A DNA stretch of 64,000 nt from Ramazzottius varieornatus (lineage: Eukaryota > Animalia > Tardigrada), in the NCBI GenBank assembly GCA_001949185.1, contig BDGG01000010.1, forward strand, positions 1,125,773 through 1,189,772, written 5' to 3'. The position numbers and the translations under genes were made by a program. The notes beneath the pieces are model-generated. The model was not told where the DNA came from and made no database searches. It was given only the letters and a program-made list of their open reading frames with translations. Positions 1 to 10,056 of this stretch are shown one piece after another (the first letter of the stretch is position 1; each line of letters begins with the position of its first letter).

Positions 1-1990
1 AACCAGCGGCTACAGATCGCCCTGTTGAGCAGTCTCGAAGTGGTTACTGCAATCGACCGCGAAGAAGTCCAACAGTTCTTGTGGAAGCCGATAGCGGCTC
101 TCCCTAGCGGAGAACCTGAATGCATGGGTAAGGCTTTTCGCTTCCGCCAAACGGTATTTTTCTGACGTTGTGAAACATGCCTTCCAAAACTGGACTAGGT
201 AAACAAACTCGAAAAGATCGGTTTTCCATGTGGCGCATGGCTGCAGCCAACAACTTCGAAAACGTGCGCTACCTGGGAAAACAGTCTTGCCGAGTCTGCT
301 TGTTCACCTCCCAATCAGTTTGCTTATTTCGTTCGCGCTTTGTGGAATATCTAAGGTCTCTTTGATTTTGTAGGTGAGGTAATTACCCACTTTTTGGTCC
401 AGAAGTTTGACGAGCCGGCGGCTTTGGAGTTTGATGCCTGGATTGAGCTTCTCAAGCGCCTGCTCCTTCGGCACGAGCAAGTGCGCCAGGTGGCCATGGA
501 CAACGACTTTGTCGAGACCGTCATCGACAAGCTGCTGGAGATGGACTGCTCCATCTCCAAGGACATGCACGTCCACAGCAAGAATGTCCTCAAGAAGAAG
601 ATGACAGAACCCCTCAGAATGTGTCTAGAGTTGTTGATGAATTTGTTGTTCCGTAACGAGGCAGCCAAGAAATTAGCGGCCCAGAAGAGCCTCACTTCGG
701 TCTTGATCAGTTTGTGGCTGACACTGATAAGCGACACCGAAAGCCTCCATATCCTGTTCTTGAGGCTTCTGTGCACTTACGGAGCTCGGTGCCAGGAATC
801 CTTGTCGTCTTTTGTTAGAGGTAGGAACACTGCATTCATACAGCCGTAAGCTGAACAGGAAGTCTCATTTTTGTGCACCTGCATACGAGTACATCAGAGC
901 AAATATACGTTATGCTATATGCAGGTGGACGGCAGATGTTGTTTGACAATCTTCCAAGTCAATTCCATCTTTCGAAACATTCACTGGAATAATTATTCAA
1001 ACTCTTGTAGTGTTTTAGGCGTTCTGGTAGTTGAGACAATGGTTCCGAATTGTCTTTTTATTTTTCAGAGTCCGAATTTGCCCAAACAGCTCCATTGACG
1101 TTATTCCACATCATCATCGCCGACCTGGAAGAACAGCTCGCCTTACCACTTCCTCATCCGGACATCACACCGCTCCTTTTCGACCTTCTCAGCCTGATGT
1201 CCTTGAACCCGAAGTGCCGAGTCTTCATCCGGAAGACCGTCAACGTCAAGCGCGCTATGCCAGCGCCCAGTCCGCGCAAGCCCAAGTACCTGCAAGCCAT
1301 CGACGCCATGTGGTTGGACGTCTTGGCCAACTTGAGCTTCTTCGAGGACGGCCAGATTGTCATACTAGCAAAAGAGGACATTTGTACCATCTTGTTTGAC
1401 TACCTAGAAGTTGAAGGGCTGTTCAAAGAAATTTACATTTCCTCCATGCTGATTTTGAGGAACCTCGCGTTCTCCAGAAAAGGCATGGCAAGGCTGACGG
1501 GAGCTCGGGGCGTGTTGGCCAAGCTCATTCGACTTTGCTCCACACATCCACAGCCTAAAGTCCGTCTTTACGCCCTTTCTTGTTTGGTAGGTTGGCATAA
1601 AGAATTTCAATCATTAAAGAATTCAAAATTAGTTACTGTAGTTTGGTCAAATTCCGACTTCAGATACCAACGTAACTAGAAAAAACATTCAAACGATCTA
1701 TTCGAAATTTTTTATTCTTGAGAGATTCAATTTCAAAACCGAAAAACATGTGATGTCAAATTATGTCACGAAATTCGAATATTTTTTAATATGTTTATTT
1801 TTTGCAGTTGGAATTACTTTACGATCAAGTGAAGCTCCGTCACGCAGCTGCGTCCATTACCTTCGCAGACTTCGGAGCCGGAAAGGACGATGACGAGCCG
1901 CAAATGTTCAATCTGCGAGCACGATTACGTTCTTGCTTGGAAGACATTGGCGAATCGAACGGTTACGATGATGACACCCCGCGAACTTGA
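1..1990 (+). CDS. RTTN: Rotatin-like ARM-repeat protein, 3' part (multi-exon, 5' end outside window)
   Basis: Leu-rich helical ORFs 394-849, 1050-1679 and 1802-1990 bounded by GT-AG sites; WLDVLANLSFFEDGQIVIL resembles the rotatin C-terminal motif WLxLLxNxSxxEDGQQMIL. Confidence 0.65.
196..308. repeat. ~110-bp hairpin (fold-back) repeat family, copy 1, in a rotatin intron
   Basis: Imperfect palindrome around GTGGCGCA...TGCGCTAC; clearly similar to 3820-3925 and 32880-32995. Confidence 0.7.
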
Positions 1991-2007
1991 AGGTAATCTT
2001 GAAGGTA

Positions 2008-2386
2008 CGAGGTAAAGGACATGAATCGGTCCAGTGAAAATTTCGGCCATGAATCAATCCAGACTGCGGTATGCGGTGGCAGCACTGAAGCTCTGACGTC
2101 AGCTTCTGTGAAATGACATCGTAAATTGCAACAGCAACGCCTCTGCAGGCCTACATTTTTTTCGTGCGCAGGCTCTTTAACATAGGATTTTACCGTCTCC
2201 TCTCGATCTTCCTTTCCCTTTTGTTTACCGGCAAATGGCTTCCAAATCTGTTGCACTACATTGAGAAACATTTTTCCTATCGACTGACCTACTGTGAGAC
2301 AACATCTGACGAGCGACGGTGCTGAAACCATCTGGATCGATTCATGGCCGGAATTTTCACTGGACCGATTCATGTCCTTTACCTCG
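2008..2386. mobile_element. Mariner-type MITE
   Basis: ~55-bp terminal inverted repeats (CGAGGTAAAGGACATGAATCGGTCCAGTGAAAA...) flanked by TA on both sides; no transposase. Confidence 0.85.
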
Positions 2387-3167
2387 TAGTGATTATGTCT
2401 CCTCACATAAACAATCTCTGACTATGTTGTTGGATTCTCGAAAGATAATGATGATTTAGTAAAAGGTCTGAGTATTCCACATGGCAGGCAGACCTAGACG
2501 AGATCTCAGTGAGTCGGTGGCGCTAAGCATAGCCACTGAGCATCGAAGAAAGCCAAGAGTAATTTTGTGGCAGTGCTAGAACTGACAGTTTAGAGTAATG
2601 GCTGTTCGGTTCATTACCTACCACACACGGAAAACTTAATGAAGGCTTTGACAGTCTCGTCTTGGTTGTTGTCTGCGGGAAACAACCTTGATCACAAGTG
2701 CACTTCTGAACTTTCGAGATTTTGTCCGTACTAAATTCCACCAGTTTTTGTGGGCGTATCTCAAGACGGTTTCTTGTTTGTTCCAGGCCAACCAAAGTTT
2801 CACTTCCTTCAGCGGGAATCCATGGATCTCACAGGAAGCTTGCCTTTACGGTTCTTTGACCTTCGAGTTATCTTTTTAAATTTTGGATTTGCATGACGTT
2901 TCTCCACTGAAGAATAACGTGCCTTGACTTCTGAGTATCTCATACCAATTTCTTTTCTGACTTCCGGGTATGAAGAATCTCGTTCTGTATTTCAATTTAT
3001 TCCTTTGCAATCCGCGAGATGTTCGCTTGCCTCCTTCTCCCTTCATTCGACCCACGTTGGAAATAATAAACTTCCAGATCACTCACACAAGTTGCGGTAA
3101 TGTAACACATGACACTGCGAGATACTATGATATCTGTGGAGTAATTCATAAAAAGCAAGCATATTTC

Positions 3168-4370
3168 TCATCTCGATGGATCATTTGTGACAACTACACA
3201 GCATTTCTGGAAGAACCGACACTGTGTGGCCACGACCAAAACACCTCGTGTACAAGTAAGCGCAGCACTTGTCTCTGCCACGCATATACCTGTCTGACTG
3301 CCGCTGGCAGGTACTTGTGGGCTCTTGCAGGGTTGACCACCACGGATATTCGAGCTCGCCACGGCTGAAAAGTTCAAGGCCGGCGTTGTGGCTACCGTAC
3401 TATTAGTCGTCGTCTCTGTTGCAGCAGTCGTCTCATCCGCATCCGAGTCAGCGCTACCATCTACCCTCCCATTACCACTACCGCCTCCCAGCAACCCAGC
3501 CACACTTCCTTGAGCACCCAAGTTTCCTGTTCCACTGCCCCCATTTTGGCCCAGTCCTCCAGAGTTGGCATTCACTCCGCCGTTGGCTAGGGTGCCTGCT
3601 GCTCCCGAAGAGCCACCAGGGGCCGCTGCGTCCGTGCCGGTTCCACCACTTCCGGTCCCTGAGCCTCCTGTCTTGCCAGCGCCAGTAACTCCGCCAGCAG
3701 CCCCTGTTGTGTTGGTTGCGGCTGTAGTAGTCGCCGCTGCAGCGACTGTTGTCGTATCATGGTTGTAAAACATTTGCCACCTAGGAAGCAAAACCCAAAA
3801 TCAAGAACGGGACCTAACTTAAGCAAGTAAACTCGCCAAGACCATTTGTCCAAGTGGCGCACGGTTCAAGCCAACAACACTGAACACGTGCGCCACCAGA
3901 GAAAACAGTCTTGTGAAATTTGTACTAATCTTTGCTACGTAACGAGTGTCGTATCGATACAAGCATACGAGATGTGCAGAATCCCTTTTACCAAATCGAA
4001 AGTACCGATTGGGGCTGACCTGTAGTTGGAGAAGGCTAGATCCTGGTCCGCGCTTGCACTTTGCGCAAAGATTGGCGGATTTGGCATTACTGAAACAGAC
4101 CAAAAAATGGCTCTCGCGCACGTACTATACTGCTAAGTTACCAAATTATTTGGTACGGTAATATCCTCCCAACTCAGGGGCAGCACTCAGCCTGTTCGTG
4201 TCGAACTCACCGAGAGGTCCAAGATTAGAGCCGGACGTGTAGCGCTGTGGCACGGTGAGCCAAGGCAGCATCGGGAAGCTAGGATACTGACCGTCATACT
4301 GCTGACCCAGAGCTGTTCCTCCGAAGGACACCACAACGAAGATGACAGACAGCGCCAAACTAGCAGACAT
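3168..4370 (-). CDS. Secreted Gly/Thr/Ala-rich protein with C-terminal six-Cys (clip- or beta-defensin-like) module, ~284 aa; exons 4370-4157, 4019-3992, 3780-3168
   Basis: Signal peptide MSASLALSVIFVVVSFGGTALG; three exons join in frame through GT-AG introns; tail C-x14-C-x9-C-x10-C-x5-CC. Confidence 0.75.
3820..3925. repeat. Hairpin repeat family, copy 2 (intronic)
   Basis: GTGGCGCACG...CGTGCGCCAC perfect core stem with extended arms. Confidence 0.7.
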
Positions 4371-4674
4371 TTTTACCCCGAACACCAGACTGAAATTAGA
4401 AAACTGAAACCAACCCTAACTATTCAAAGCCGACAAAATCTCGAAACACGTCTCATCGACCTTCAACGACTCGAGAGCAAACCCCGAAATTAAAGCTACA
4501 CCGAATGTCAACCAGAGGAAAGATCTAGAGCGTCAAAAACATCTCCAAACGTACAATTAGCAAGCTAGACAACTCTAAGACCTTTTGAAGATCCGGCAGC
4601 GGGAAAGCCTGCGAACAAAAGCCAGTTTACTGAGAGCTGCGGACGAGCATTTCACTTTACAGAATTTTCAGCTT

Positions 4675-4740
4675 GCCTCAGAAAGACTAATCGTAAGTAA
4701 TCATCAATCTCATTTGTCCCTATCTGTTTTCATCATAACC
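4675..4740 (-). ncRNA. Box C/D snoRNA, double guide (D' guide SNORD53-like)
   Basis: C ATGATGA, D' ATGA, C' TTGATGA, D CTGA; D guide CGATTAGTCTTT antisense to LSU AAAGACUAAUCG; D' guide AGATAGGGACA antisense to LSU UGUCCCUAUCU. Confidence 0.9.
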
Positions 4741-4905
4741 GTCTCTTCAATGTGAATCAGTTTCAGACATTCAGACTTACCATGATGAGGTGAGAAACAC
4801 TCGACATTCCCGTCCAATCGTCCATCCGTCCCTGATCCTGCAAGAACACACAGAAATCAACAAAAGTTACCCCTAAATCCGCCGCAGAAAAAACGCTGAC
4901 CATTG

Positions 4906-4990
4906 AAGCCTCAGACAGCCAAAAGGAACGGTACAATTTTTAGATCAACACTGACAATTCAGTTGGCAGAATCTTTGTCATCATGTACAA
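4906..4990 (-). ncRNA. Box C/D snoRNA, double guide to the LSU ACAGCCAAGGGAACGGGCUUGGCAGAAUC region (snR190/SNORD12 target region)
   Basis: C ATGATGA; D' guide GATTCTGCCAA + CTGA; D guide CCGTTCCTTTTGGCTGT + CTGA. Confidence 0.9.
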
Positions 4991-5137
4991 GCAGCAGAAC
5001 TCGCGAACAACTAGCGCGTGAGGCTTACCGAACTTTTCGCTTCCACGTCCCACCGAGAAACTTTCCATTCCCTAAAAAACCAAAATCAAATTAGAGACTC
5101 TTCCTGAAAGACCCCCCCGTATCTTTGAAAGGCACAA

Positions 5138-5221
5138 CATGATAAAATCAGCCACGCGATATAGGAACATCAAAAGTACTCAGAATCGGTGTTGACATAA
5201 ATTATTCATCAAGCTATCATG
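5138..5221 (-). ncRNA. Box C/D snoRNA
   Basis: Terminal stem CATGATA/TATCATG; C TTGATGA, D' CTGA, C' TTGATGT, D CTGA; D' guide GTCAACAC antisense to LSU GUGUUGAC; D guide target not recognised. Confidence 0.85.
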
Positions 5222-5415
5222 CTTAGGGAAGAGCGCACGGCTTTAGGACGTGCGGAGAGCAAATCCCATCGAAAAGCGTGCTCACCTTCAAATCGAACAA
5301 CGAGGGTAGTATCACGCCTCCGCCAACATGCCGACTTCCCTCTAGACCTGAAGGAAAACACCCGTCATTAGAACGGAGCGACAGAAAAAGATGGACGAAA
5401 AGTTAGGTTTGGAAG

Positions 5416-5500
5416 GCTCATAGATCTGTAACTTTATTGAGTGTCTACATCCAAGTAACCGCGTCACTTGTCACGTTGGCAATATGATTAAATCATCGCA
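5416..5500 (-). ncRNA. Probable box C/D snoRNA
   Basis: C GCGATGA, D ATGA; guide AAGTTACAGATCT matches conserved LSU AGAUCCGUAACUU with one mismatch. Confidence 0.6.
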
Positions 5501-5661
5501 AAACTACAGCAAGAGGATTTCGGTCAAGCAAACGAAACTCACGCCGAGTCGAGCTCGCTGGTCAAGCTTCAAGATGTCGACTCTCGAACCTGCAAAGAAG
5601 ATTACACCGTGAATAGACAGCACCAACCGGACCGATTAAACGCTATTCGAAAGAGGTCCGA

Positions 5662-5733
5662 GTCATTAGTCAACTTGGTGGTTGATCTTTATCGTCATGT
5701 ACGCTCAAGAGTAGCAAATAAATAATCATTGAC
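5662..5733 (-). ncRNA. Box C/D snoRNA, SNORD76 (U76)-like
   Basis: Stem GTCA/TGAC; C ATGATTA; D' guide TATTTGCTACTC + TTGA antisense to LSU AGUAGCAAAUA, as recalled for U76; C' ATGACGA; residual AACCACCAAG; D variant CTAA. Confidence 0.85.
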
Positions 5734-5877
5734 AGTAGGAACAAAGGCGCCAGGCAGGTGGTCACCAATAAGAGGATACACTCACCTCGATGAAACCCCG
5801 TCCTGGAAAACCATCGGCAACAGCGAAGAAGACCTAAAACAACAAGACGTGTAACGCCACGTTATAGTGCTGGTTTC

Positions 5878-5963
5878 TCATCAGCCAGACAGCAATAAAG
5901 TCAGAGACCTAAGTACCAAAACGATTCACCCCAGAAGTCCCGTTTATATTTGTATCATCAGTG
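5878..5963 (-). ncRNA. Candidate orphan box C/D snoRNA
   Basis: C CTGATGA, two downstream CTGA boxes, short TCA/TGA stem, intronic position like its neighbours; no target recognised. Confidence 0.5.
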
Positions 5964-6713
5964 AACTAATTTCGAAAGACAAAACATCTATCAAAACCCA
6001 CCTTGTAAGCGAAGACCCGCAGTCACACGGGGATCACGGAGCATCGTCCGGATGTTGGAAACATACTTCGGCCTCAGCCTGCAACAACAAGAACCAGGTC
6101 AACTCAGACTTTCGCAACATTCCAAGATCCGACTCTGTCAATTCCTCTTGAAGTTGAAAGTACCAGTTAGCATTAGAACATCAGCTGAGAAATTCTTACT
6201 ATCGCCCCTCTGTAAATCCTTTCCAAAGGTAGACTTCGAAATGGCATGGAAAAGGTTGGCTATTGATCAACGAGACAATCAATCAAGTGAATCAACCATA
6301 CCTATCTGACAGTGTCTGCATTGAGAAGACTCATCTTCGCAGTGGAAATTTCCTGCCAATCGACCTTCTCCTAACCTGGAAAAAGATTTATTCATTACTA
6401 AGGAGTACTCAGGCCTGTAAGAACTCTCGAGAAACATAAGAGATTCGTTTCAGAGAGGGCAAGTGTGTCTTCAGGGTTGTCGGATTTTGTAAATGGTTTT
6501 CATCAGTCCATGCTCAAGCATTCTTTCAAATGTCTTATGGCATTCGCTACATACCTCTGGATCATCCCTGTAAATGTTCATTATGGCTTCGTTGAACGTC
6601 GAGCTGACCTGGAAAGAAAAAAACTGAGTAAGATAAGCAGCGACCTCGAAGAGCTACCCGGTATTCGGCAATACCGACATTATCCGGTAGGAAACTGACT
6701 GAGCTTTTCTCGG

Positions 6714-6797
6714 TTGCGAAACCATCAGAGATCTTGGTGGTAAAGTGTCCGCAATGATCTTCAGAGTCCAGATCTGCTTTATCATCATGTTTCGCAA
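6714..6797 (-). ncRNA. Box C/D snoRNA, SNORD24 (U24)-like
   Basis: 9-bp terminal stem TTGCGAAAC/GTTTCGCAA; C ATGATGA; D guide TACCACCAAGATCT + CTGA antisense to LSU AGAUCUUGGUGGUA. Confidence 0.92.
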
Positions 6798-7034
6798 TGA
6801 GTAAGGCCAAATGGAAGATGACGTCTGAAATTAGCTATGCTGACATCCAATGGTCTTACCTGGGCCAAAGCCTCCATCGACAGTGGATTCCAACGAGCTG
6901 CTCACCGCCCATCTTCCTTCTATTCCTCCCGAGATGATCCTAAAAGCAAACAAACGAGGTCGTAGAGCAGAATCCACGAAGGTAGAGAAATGAAACTGCG
7001 AAAACTTCCACAGCCGAAAACTTGTTTCTGCAAC

Positions 7035-7175
7035 TGCAAGCACTGAAGAGCTGCAGTACTTCGCCGACCAAAATTGATTGGCTTGAATGCTGCTGGGAGA
7101 ATCACGATTGATTGATCGTTCGACACTACAGTGAGTTTGTGCACGGCGAAGTACTGCTGCTCTTCAGTGACTGCA
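7035..7175. repeat. Inverted repeat / hairpin in the first intron of the snoRNA host
   Basis: CACTGAAGAGCTGCAGTACTTCGCCG pairs with CGGCGAAGTACTGCTGCTCTTCAGTG. Confidence 0.75.
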
Positions 7176-7321
7176 AGCAAGTGCAACTGTGCAAGGCAGG
7201 ATTGCGAAAGCAGCGAAACGCCGTCTCCGTTGTGGAACGAGTAGTGGGTGTGGTCGACCAGTATCGTATCCAGTCACGGCAGCCGCTTGGCCTCGGGTGA
7301 CCATCTAAATGATAGAGAGGG

Positions 7322-7515
7322 CGGGCCGACGGGATGGCGGACGAGGTCGCGCTTTGGTGATCCAGTTGTATTGATTGATGAAGTGGGAAGCATGACGTCA
7401 CAATCAGCTGCCATTCTTCCCAGATCCCACTCGACTTCCTTTCCTGAGTTGACCGCTACATCTTCTTCCTGTTGCAGCAACCGTCGCCTTGCGTGGAAGC
7501 CTGGGACCTGTAGAC
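7322..7515. promoter_or_regulatory. Bidirectional promoter region between snoRNA host and LARP7
   Basis: Divergent genes about 200 bp apart; palindromic TGACGTCA (CRE-like) at 7393. Confidence 0.5.
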
Positions 7516-9610
7516 ATGGCAGCCATCAAGCCAGTACCTGCATCCGCTTCTAAGTGGCGGAAGAAGACGTCGCTGACTGCGCGCGTCCGACAACAGGTAA
7601 GCTAGGGCATGAGTTGAGCTCTAAGCTTAAGCTGATGACTCCCTTTTGCGTCGCATTAATCCCTTCATTGAATCATTGTGCCAAGCTCGATATATTCGGT
7701 ATCTAGCTGGAATTCTATTTCGGAGACGCCAACCTCGGCAAGGACCGTTTTCTACAGGAAAAGATACAGCAGAGCGAAGATGGATGTGAGTTTTGTTTTC
7801 GTCGTAATTATTACTCGTATAGATACACGCATCCATGCGATCTACTACAGTATCATGCATGTCCTCTTTCGCAGTTGTTCCGCTGGATATTCTGCTCACT
7901 TTCAACAAGCTTCGGGAGTTGACAACCGAAATACCCATCGTTCGGGAAGCTGTGCGGACGTCGCAGTTGTTACGGGTGCGTTGCATGTTCCCGCTTTTGC
8001 TTGCCTGGAGGCTGGAACTTAGTAACTCACTTGTCCGTGCATCAGATGATGTTTCCAACTACAGTATTCATTTAATGTTGCAGCTTTCGGAAGACGGCTT
8101 GAAGATCCAGCGTACAACTCCGTTAGAGGATCGCGGTCCTGTCGACGAAAGAACCCTCTATGTTGTAAGTTCGTTTGTATAATCAGGACTTACCGAAGTA
8201 CTATACTGTGTACTATTAATACATTCTTCGCAGGAAAACTTGCCACCGACTGCCGATATCGATTGGGTGACGAGTAGGTTTGCGGTGTTCGGTGACGTTG
8301 TTTATGTTAGTCTTCCGCGATTCAACACTCCGCCGAAGAACGCCATCAAAGGATTCGCCTTCGTTGAGTTTAAAGAGCCGGAAGGCGTCGAACAAGCTTG
8401 TCAGGTATACTTTCTTCAACTACAGTAAAAATAGAGCTGATAACGGATTAACGGTTCGAACTAACCTAGATTTTTGTCTGTTCCAGTACTTCACATCGCC
8501 CGATGGAGACGTGGCTGAAGCTTACGCCAAAGAAGCAGCTCTTCCTGTCGTACCTTCAATAACCGTGGCAGACTTTGACGAGGAAGACTTAGTTGGACCT
8601 CATGGCCACAAGAGGAAGCGAGACGAAGTCATGGAAGCCGACGCCCAAGATCCTACACCTGTTGCAACCGAACCAGCTTCGTCCAAATCGAAGACGGATG
8701 AAAGACCGCAAGTCTCGGAAGCCAAAGAGCCCAAAAGCGGAAAGTCAAAGTCCAAGAACAGATTCGCACCTGATCTCCTTCCATTAAGAGTCATGCCGAA
8801 GGTAAAATTAGCCACCTTAGAAGATTATGTCCGATGACTGGTGATAACACTGACGACGTAATGTTTACAGGTTAAATGGACCGAGCTGAAGAAACGCTAC
8901 CTCGACCTGCAGAAAGCCAGCTACAAAGCCTTGAAGCAAAAGCTGAAGCTACTCAACGTAGGAGACGCGCATTCGGACGCCATGGACGGTGATGAAGATG
9001 GAGTCTTGGTAAGTGACGATGAAGATAACCGAATGGACTTTCAAGAAAGCAAAGGCAAGAACTCCCGGAAGAAGAATGGCTGGACGAAGAAAGCCCAGCC
9101 TCAGAAAGACCAAGAAACGATGAAACCTCTGGAGTTTCCGAAAGGTTTGATAGTTCAACTAAAGTACGCAGTTGCAGTCACCGACAAGAAGCAGGTGATC
9201 AAAGACCTTCGAAGCATCCCCCATGTCGCCTTTGTGGATGTATCGAACGACACGGAAGTCTTTGTTCGGTGTGACGAGCAAGTTAACACGGCGGGAGTGA
9301 TGGAAAGTCTGTCACAGAAAGAAGCTACCGAATCGACGAGGCTGGTGGAAGGTGAGGAGGAGAGAACTTACTGGGAGAAGATCCAGAACGATATGAAGAA
9401 GCGCAGTGAAGCTGGCGGAAACCGACGTGGGAAGGCTAAGGTGAGCGCCGGCACCAGTGGCCAGACTGATGTAAGGACGCCTTTCTAACACGATACTGCA
9501 AACCTACAGAGAATTTACCTGTTTTTTGGTTGTTCATTTTCTAGCTAGTGAACCGTGCAGAAAGGATTGTGGAGCAGCAAGTCAAGAGCACGCACATCAA
9601 GTTCGAGTGA
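7516..9610 (+). CDS. LARP7: La-related protein 7 (La motif, RRM1, C-terminal xRRM), multi-exon
   Basis: RQQ|LEFYFGDANLGKDRFL La motif; ERTLYV|ENLP...KGFAFVEF RRM; WTELKKRYLDLQK; EEERTYWEKI; C-terminal HIKFE. Confidence 0.9.
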
Positions 9611-10056
9611 TTGCACTTCCGGCTTGGAAACTGGAAACCAGGTTACAAGTCAACCTCGATCATCCTTTCGTTGGTTCATTCTTCGCTACTTTCTGTTACT
9701 CCACATTTTTGTGTCTCATCGTTTCAACTGATGATGCGATCGTCCTCCTCTGAATTAGCTTCTTTACAAAATTTACAAGAAAATGTGTTCGCCTCGATTT
9801 TTAGCTCTACTTTCGGCAGTACGTCCATAAGCATGCGAAGAGATACTGTACGAGACACAGCCCTAACACACGGTGTGTGGTTTCGAATCAGAAGCTGATG
9901 ATATGGTTCCCATTCCATCATCGAATTGCTATGTTGTACCGTGCACAAGATGTTCGCAAATTTAAAACACCCGACAGAGGGATGGAAGGAAACTACAGTA
10001 TGTAACCATAAAGACAAAAAATTTTTAACATACAAACAGATGTCGCTTGAATCAAA

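Larger units (their letters stand above)
4555..7321 (-). ncRNA. Multi-intron non-coding snoRNA host transcript (GAS5/UHG-type architecture); predicted exons 6939-6860, 6608-6555, 6375-6302, 6078-6002, 5833-5786, 5589-5543, 5347-5286, 5103-5029, 4837-4781, 4608-4555
   Basis: Regular (Y)nAG and GTRAG-type splice signals around 47-80 nt exons; no continuous ORF across the exons; C/D snoRNAs in the introns; pyrimidine tract CCCTCTCT near 7321 as a possible TOP-like start (5' end uncertain). Confidence 0.8.

Noticed and set aside
6165-6180. ATGCTAA as a U6 antisense guide
   Set aside because: Only 7 nt, and better explained as a branch-point sequence before an acceptor
4555-6939. Micro-exon protein-coding gene
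   Set aside because: Joining the exons gives stops in every consistent frame (for example GTC TAG at 5347), and the recognisable signal is intronic
7200-7400. Possible 7SK RNA next to LARP7
   Set aside because: No recognisable 7SK 5' stem motifs or Pol III signals
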